In this document: positions 42,566-47,978 of the stretch, piece after piece
Layout: the number at the start of each line of letters is the position of its first letter
Numbering within the stretch: the stretch's first letter is position 1
Virus record (IMG/VR): IMGVR_UViG_3300037440_000606
Span: 1-47,978 of that record
DNA from: a virus
Taxonomy: Duplodnaviria > Caudoviricetes
Strand: one strand, 5' to 3'
DNA: 47,978 bases
Program-made: the position numbers and the translations under genes
Notes under the pieces: model-generated
Told to the model about the DNA's origin: nothing
Seen by the model: the letters and a program-made list of their open reading frames with translations, nothing else
Databases searched by the model: none

Positions 42566-44221
42566 CTACGCTTCGAGCAGCGCCTCGATGTGGGCGATGC
42601 TGCGGCCGTGCTGGGGCTCGGCCGGGGCGGCCGGCGTTTCCAACTCGGCCATCCGGTCGGCCACGTTCGTGCCGGAGATGTCTGCGCGGGCCTGCAGCCG
42701 GGCCACCGCCGCGCGGGCCGCGCCGGCCGGCAGGTGGTCAAGGTCGGCCAGCACCTCACGGGAGCGGGCGGCCACGTCGGTGTACGGGTTGGCGCCGTAG
42801 TTCACCGCAGACACGTCGCCGCGGTCGATGTCAGCCTCGCCGATCCGGAACTCGGTGAAGTCCTCATTCCACCGGCCGGCGCCGTCGGCCAGCATGAACG
42901 CGAAGGACATCTCGGTGACGTCCTTGTCCTCGATGGCGGTGACCAGGTCGGTCACATCCTGCCGCTTCGGGTTCAGCCAGGCGTCGGTCTTCAGCCCGGT
43001 GTCGTCCATCTCCAGCCGCAGCGAGTCGTTCGTGGTCCTCGCCATCGTCACGCCACGGTGGTTGACGAGGAACGCCACGTCCGGGCCGGCCGCGAGCGTC
43101 CGGTCAAACGCGCCCCGCTCGATGACCTCCATGTACGGGCCGAACGAGTCCCACATCTCGTAGGGCTGCTCGACCACGGACGCGTGACCCTGCAGGTGGT
43201 AGCGGCGCTGCCCGTTGTGCTCCACCAACTCGGCACGCATCTGAGCCGGGAACCCGGCCATCCGCGCCGCGCCCACCCCCACCGGCGCCACCCGGCGGGC
43301 CACCCGGCCCGTACGGTCACCGGCCGCGGCGATGCGGGCGGTCGCCGCCTGCCGGCGCTCCGCGTCGCTGCTCGAGCGTGTGATCACCGGCATGTCCTCC
43401 TCCGTCCGCTTGCGCTGCGGCCCGGCCGCGGTACGCCGCCGAGGTGGCGGGGCAGCCCGGCGGCCGGCATGACGGAAGTCGCGCAGGTCGTGCCGGTACG
43501 CCATCCGCTCCTGCACCTCGGCGTCCGGCGGCGGCGGCGGGTCGTCGTCGACCACCACGTCGGCCAGGCCGAACTCCACCGTCTCGTCGGCGAACATCCA
43601 CGTCTCGGCGAGCATCAGCTCCCGCCAGTCCGCGTTCACACCGCCGGCCTTACGCCGGTAGATCCCGGCAATGTTGTCGGACTGCCGGTCCAGGAACGTG
43701 GACATTTTGGCCATGTCCGCGGCCTGGCCGCGCTCGATCCCCAGCGCGTCGTGGATCATCATCTGGCTACCGGGGTGCATCCGCACCTCATCGCCGGCCA
43801 TCGCAATGACGCTGGCGATGCTCGCGGCCAGCGAGTCCACGGAGACGACGATCCGCGCCGGATGCTGCCGCAGGCTGTTGTAGATCGCGATCCCGTCGAA
43901 CACCGACCCGCCAGGGCTGTTGACCCGGACCAGGATCTCCTTCGCCTCGATCGCGTCGAGGTCCCGGGCGAACTGCTCCGCCTCGACGCCAAACGAGCCA
44001 CCAACCTCGTCGTAGATCCACACCGTGGCCGGTTCGTCCGACCCCTCGGCCTGGTTGCTGATCGCATACCAGGGAAGCCGCACCGCGGCCAGCTCGGCAA
44101 CGCTCAACCCTTCCCGCTGCGCCCGGGTGATGATCCGCGCCGCGGTCCGGTCCTTCAGGCCCTGCAACCGGCGCACATGGATGCTCTCGGTCACCGCCGC
44201 CTCCTCGCTCTGGCCGGCCAT
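42566..44221 (-). CDS. ClpP-type + HK97-type prohead protease fusion
   Basis: NSPGG, AASIASVIAMAG, MMIHDA (ClpP/S14); E.IE.GAF, LVNH, MSFAF, VSAV..GANP (HK97/S78). Confidence 0.88.
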   Translation of the reverse strand: MAGQSEEAAVTESIHVRRLQGLKDRTAARIITRAQREGLSVAELAAVRLPWYAISNQAEGSDEPATVWIYDEVGGSFGVEAEQFARDLDAIEAKEILVRVNSPGGSVFDGIAIYNSLRQHPARIVVSVDSLAASIASVIAMAGDEVRMHPGSQMMIHDALGIERGQAADMAKMSTFLDRQSDNIAGIYRRKAGGVNADWRELMLAETWMFADETVEFGLADVVVDDDPPPPPDAEVQERMAYRHDLRDFRHAGRRAAPPPRRRTAAGPQRKRTEEDMPVITRSSSDAERRQAATARIAAAGDRTGRVARRVAPVGVGAARMAGFPAQMRAELVEHNGQRRYHLQGHASVVEQPYEMWDSFGPYMEVIERGAFDRTLAAGPDVAFLVNHRGVTMARTTNDSLRLEMDDTGLKTDAWLNPKRQDVTDLVTAIEDKDVTEMSFAFMLADGAGRWNEDFTEFRIGEADIDRGDVSAVNYGANPYTDVAARSREVLADLDHLPAGAARAAVARLQARADISGTNVADRMAELETPAAPAEPQHGRSIAHIEALLEA

Positions 44222-45501
44222 CAGCCGACGTCCTCGAATGTCGGCGGCCGCGGTGCCGGCACCGACGACCACGGGGACACCTGCTGCCACGGCGGCTCCA
44301 GGTCCACCCGTTCGTCCCGGACCGTCGTCTCAACGTTGGTCCGTGGCACACCGAACAGCCGCACGAACTCGGCTTCCTGTTCGCTGGTCAGCGGCGCCCG
44401 GTCGTCCAGATCGCGCGCCTCGGTGACGGTCATCCGGCGATGCTTGATCGCCTCGTCCATCATCTTGGCCCGCTTCTCCGGGTCCATCCGCAGCAGCGCA
44501 TCCGTGGTCAGCTTCACGAACCGGGGTGCGGACAGCAGCTTGGTGAGGTTCTTCTCCCGCCGGGCCACCGCCGGGCCCAGGTGCAGGATGAGGAAGTCCA
44601 GGTGCCGGCTGGTGATGTTCTCGTACCTGACTGATCCGCCGGCTGAGACTGCCGCCTCGATCATGTCCGCCGGGACGCCCAGGAACCGGGAGATGTCAGC
44701 CAGGCCGTACTTTCGGCCCTCCAACCACTCCATGCCCATCTGCTGGCTTTGCAGCGGGTCGTACTCCCAGTCCCGGCCGGTGATCAGCACGTCGCCGTTG
44801 GCGATGTCCGCCTGGTAGCGCGCCTTGATGGCCGCCGACTCGCCCGGCGCGAGCGTCTTCGCCTTGTTGCGGAACCACGACTTCGGCACACCGCCGCCGC
44901 CGAACCAGTCCAGGGCGAACTGCTGCGCGCTGAGGTACTCGCTCACCGACCAGGCGGCGTAGGCGATCGGCGAGAGCCCCACCGGAAGCCCGGACACGAC
45001 GTACTGCCGCTCATGCCACACCTGATCCGAGGTGTACTTCTTGAGCTTCACCCGGTATTCCAGCTCGCCCGAGTCGCGCAGCTCCTTGACCGTCCAGTCG
45101 CCAAGGCCCTGCAAGTCGATCCGCGCCGGCTTCCCGTTCCCGTCCCTCTCGGTGATCAGGCCGAGGACGTTGCCGGCACGGTCGAGGTCCACTTGGCTGG
45201 CGTACATCCAGTCCTGGTAGTCCCACCGCTCCCCACCAGGGGTGACCAGCACCGCCGGCTTCGACACCTCCACCGGGCGCGACCCTTGCATCCGGCGGAA
45301 CGTGTCGCACGGGAACGTGGAGATCAAGTCGGCGCGGATGCGCAGGCACGCCCACACCGCGGAGTGCCGCATCGCCGAGTCGGAGGTCACCGCCACCACA
45401 CCCCGGCGCCCGGAGTTGCCCGGGCGCGGCGGAATGTCCCCGTCGAACAACGGCGGGCCGGTGATGCTTGAGGTACGCCGGTGGCGGGTGAACAGGCTCA
45501 C
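44221..45501 (-). CDS. Portal protein
   Basis: SAVWAC.RI.AD, GLSPI, ISRFLGVP motifs of HK97-like portals; GTGA start. Confidence 0.92.
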   Translation of the reverse strand: MSLFTRHRRTSSITGPPLFDGDIPPRPGNSGRRGVVAVTSDSAMRHSAVWACLRIRADLISTFPCDTFRRMQGSRPVEVSKPAVLVTPGGERWDYQDWMYASQVDLDRAGNVLGLITERDGNGKPARIDLQGLGDWTVKELRDSGELEYRVKLKKYTSDQVWHERQYVVSGLPVGLSPIAYAAWSVSEYLSAQQFALDWFGGGGVPKSWFRNKAKTLAPGESAAIKARYQADIANGDVLITGRDWEYDPLQSQQMGMEWLEGRKYGLADISRFLGVPADMIEAAVSAGGSVRYENITSRHLDFLILHLGPAVARREKNLTKLLSAPRFVKLTTDALLRMDPEKRAKMMDEAIKHRRMTVTEARDLDDRAPLTSEQEAEFVRLFGVPRTNVETTVRDERVDLEPPWQQVSPWSSVPAPRPPTFEDVG

Positions 45502-45689
45502 CGACGGCCACCTGCCCACACCATCAGCACCGAGCCGCCCACGACCAGCAGCCCAGCCGACGCAACCCCGACACCGGTCGCGACCAGATCGGCGCCCAGC
45601 CCGGCCCAGCCGGCCACGGCCACACCGCCGCCGGTGGCCAGGACGAGCAGGCCCAGCGTGTCAAGCGACGTGGTGATCTTCTCCCGCAC
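45498..45689 (-). CDS. Small two-TM protein preceding the portal
   Basis: Hydrophobic 63 aa; GGAGG RBS. Confidence 0.65.
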   Translation of the reverse strand: MREKITTSLDTLGLLVLATGGGVAVAGWAGLGADLVATGVGVASAGLLVVGGSVLMVWAGGRR

Positions 45690-45715
45690 TGGGCCTCCCT
45701 CCGTCAGTCAGCAGG

Positions 45716-45913
45716 TCACGCATAAACCGGACCAATCTCCGCCATCCATGCCGCTACGACGGCTGGGTCCTCCCCGTCCGCCTCAAACCGCGCGCACGGC
45801 CGATCTCCGCACACCGCGCCGTAGACAGCCGGACAATGCCGGGTTGGTTGCCGCCGGCACGGATACACCGGGTCAAACTGCCCGCGGTACTGGGGACTCG
45901 GCAGATCACGCAC
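45716..45913 (-). CDS. Small Cys-rich hypothetical protein
   Basis: C...C...CGDRPCARFE; fills the terL-portal gap. Confidence 0.45.
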   Translation of the reverse strand: MRDLPSPQYRGQFDPVYPCRRQPTRHCPAVYGAVCGDRPCARFEADGEDPAVVAAWMAEIGPVYA

Positions 45914-45927
45914 GGTCGCACGCCCCC

Positions 45928-47535
45928 TCAGTAGAAGCTGGCCAAAATGTCATAATTCGCGTCGACCACCAGATGCGCCCGGGTCTCATACGCCCAACGC
46001 GCCACCGTCAACGACACAATCGGCGCGATCACAGACCGGGAGTCCTTCGGCGCCCACGCAATCGTGTCGCCCGATAGGCGGGTCCGCGCACCGACTGCCG
46101 AATCGTCCAGGTCATCCGAAGGCACCACCCGCAGCGTCTCCTGACGCACCGCGTCAATCAGCTGCCCACACGCCGCCGCCATCGACGTAGCCGTGGTCAC
46201 CGCCAGATCACCACGCGCCGGCTCGTTCGGATGCAGCGGGTCGGCACACTTGGACGCTTGGCACGGCTCCAGCACCTCGATGCCGACCTCGGTCAGGTCC
46301 TCTTTCAGCGACTGGTAGGTGCCGCGGCCCATCCCGATCGCCACCGGATCCAGCGCGTCCTTCCACTCGGCCAACCGGCCAACCAGCCAATCCGTACCCG
46401 GCCGGTAGTCCACCAGTTGCCCGTGCCCCAACTCGTCGCCACGCAGCCCGTACACCGAGATCGCCGCGTAGTCCCGCAACGGGGAGACATCCGCGCCCAA
46501 CGCCACGTCACCCGAACGCTGCGAGTCCGGGTCGTGGAGCTTCGCCCACTGCGCCGCGGTGATGATCCCCTCGGTCAGATCCGGCACCCGCTGGCAGAGC
46601 ACCTCGGTACGATGCACAGCCTCCGGGTCGGTGCTCAACGACGACTCCACGGCACCATCGGTGATCGTGTAACCCAGTGCCGGGTTGGCCTGCGCCCGGG
46701 CCTGCGGGTCCCGCAGTCGGCAATCAGCGGCGTGAGGCGCATCCGGCGACCTGCGCACGCACGTACACCGGACATCATCCGCGGCCGACCATTCGAACAG
46801 GCCGAGTTGCGGATCGGCTTCCGGGACCTCGGCTGCCTTCCGACCCTTGGCGTGCAAGTCATTCAGCACGACCGACCGGTCGTCGCCGGCGTTGCTGAAC
46901 GTCCACACCTGGGCATTCGGCTTGGCCATCGTCGTCTTGGTCAACGCACCCCACGCCAGCCAGTCCAGATGCTCGCGCAGCTCGTCGAGGTTGACGTCAT
47001 CGCCAGCCTTACCGCGGCCGCCCCGGCGCGAGGTCGTGACAACCTTCCAGCGGGAGCCGTTCGTGAGCCGTAGCGCCTTCTTGCCGTTGGTCCGGTCAAC
47101 ATGCGCCTTCTCGGAGTCCAGCTCCGGGTTGGACTCCACCATCTCGACCGCGGTGTCCCACGCCTCCTCCGCTGTGTCAAGATCCTGCGCGGTGGCGATC
47201 ACCAGGCGCACCTGGCGGACGTACATCTTCCACAGGTTCTTCGCGACCAGGGTCAAAGTCTTGCCATTCTGCCTGGCGACCAGGACCACGATCACGCGGA
47301 ACCGGTACCGGCCATCCGGCAGCAACTCCAAGCCGTGGATCAACAACCACCGCTGCCACGGCAGTAGGTCAATCCGCAGGATGTCCCGCGCGAACTCGAC
47401 CGCCGAGAACCCGAGTGACGTCTCCGGCGTCAAGGCGCAACCACAGCCACACGGCCCCGGGCGTCCGGTGACCAGCGGCCGGGTCCACAGCCTAGGAGTC
47501 GTCTTCCCCTTCAGCGGCGGCGCGTAGCTGTGCAA
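45928..47535 (-). CDS. terL: Terminase large subunit
   Basis: LLPWQ, VARQNGKT (Walker A), GGRG, LDELRE (Walker B), SNAGD, ANPALG. Confidence 0.95.
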   Translation of the reverse strand: MHSYAPPLKGKTTPRLWTRPLVTGRPGPCGCGCALTPETSLGFSAVEFARDILRIDLLPWQRWLLIHGLELLPDGRYRFRVIVVLVARQNGKTLTLVAKNLWKMYVRQVRLVIATAQDLDTAEEAWDTAVEMVESNPELDSEKAHVDRTNGKKALRLTNGSRWKVVTTSRRGGRGKAGDDVNLDELREHLDWLAWGALTKTTMAKPNAQVWTFSNAGDDRSVVLNDLHAKGRKAAEVPEADPQLGLFEWSAADDVRCTCVRRSPDAPHAADCRLRDPQARAQANPALGYTITDGAVESSLSTDPEAVHRTEVLCQRVPDLTEGIITAAQWAKLHDPDSQRSGDVALGADVSPLRDYAAISVYGLRGDELGHGQLVDYRPGTDWLVGRLAEWKDALDPVAIGMGRGTYQSLKEDLTEVGIEVLEPCQASKCADPLHPNEPARGDLAVTTATSMAAACGQLIDAVRQETLRVVPSDDLDDSAVGARTRLSGDTIAWAPKDSRSVIAPIVSLTVARWAYETRAHLVVDANYDILASFY

Positions 47536-47917
47536 GGCGCCCCCCGATCGGCTTGTCCGGTCTCATCGCCTTACGCGCCGCCGGTGTGCCGCCGAGATCG
47601 CGCAGCACCCCTTGTAGCTGCGGACCGAGCCAGCCGACCGTCTTGGTGATGTCGCACTGTGCCTCGAGCTTCTGAAGCCGCTTAAGCGCGATGATGCTGT
47701 CGCCTAACTCGCTACGCAGATCGGCGAACTCCTCAGCCCGGTCGACCGCCTTCTCGATCTCCTCGGCCTGCCGCAGTACCAACGCCTTCATGCCACCGTC
47801 GGAGTCCTTCAGCCAGTCCATCGCCTCGACCGCGGTCCGGACGGAATCCCGTAGGTCCGGGACGGGCTCACGGGCTGGCTGAGTCGAGACTGCCTTTAGC
47901 CGGCGCTTCGGTGGCAC
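47492..47917 (-). CDS. terS: Terminase small subunit
   Basis: LGPQL..VL.DLGGTPAAR motif; upstream of terL; GGAGG RBS. Confidence 0.85.
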   Translation of the reverse strand: MPPKRRLKAVSTQPAREPVPDLRDSVRTAVEAMDWLKDSDGGMKALVLRQAEEIEKAVDRAEEFADLRSELGDSIIALKRLQKLEAQCDITKTVGWLGPQLQGVLRDLGGTPAARKAMRPDKPIGGRLAQLRAAAEGEDDS

Positions 47918-47978
47918 CCCTTACCTCCTGGTGTCGGTCCGGCACGGGGGGTGACGGAGGGGGATTTAGCGCCATGAC

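Larger units (their letters stand above)
1..47978. mobile_element. Temperate actinobacteriophage (siphovirus) genome, apparently complete and linear
   Basis: Full set of packaging, head, tail, lysis, integration/immunity, recombination and replication modules with no host genes; HNH at one end and terS at the other, as in cos-type phages. Confidence 0.93.

Noticed and set aside
42557-44818. Long plus-strand ORFs (also 37643-39160, 25008-26264, 6457-7896, 1430-2479)
   Set aside because: Antisense shadows of well-supported minus-strand genes in high-GC DNA; no motifs or RBS
45928-47535. Possible intein in terL
   Set aside because: Length is normal and no intein terminal motifs were seen; insertions are only short Cys-rich loops

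Overview
The window looks like an essentially complete ~48 kb, high-GC, temperate siphovirus genome infecting an actinomycete (WhiB, Lsr2-like and DUF6221-like genes; the host genus cannot be fixed from sequence). It appears opened at the packaging site, with an HNH gene at the left end and small terminase at the right end. Nearly all genes are on the minus strand. From right to left: terminases; portal; a ClpP + HK97-type double-protease fusion; major capsid; decoration/appendage genes and an Lsr2-like gene; neck and tail genes (with a -1 frameshifted tail chaperone, tape measure, and an M14 peptidase-fused hub protein); a multi-membrane-protein lysis cassette with a collagen-tailed endolysin; an accessory region made of several small leaderless divergent regulator modules; a repressor-integrase operon facing cro; and a long translationally coupled early operon (C5 methyltransferase, HNH-AP2, WhiB, RecE/RecT, VRR-NUC, an HNH-SF2 helicase cassette, replication initiator, late regulator, HNH). 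No rRNA, tRNA or CRISPR array was seen. All product calls come from motif recognition by eye; no database searches were run.
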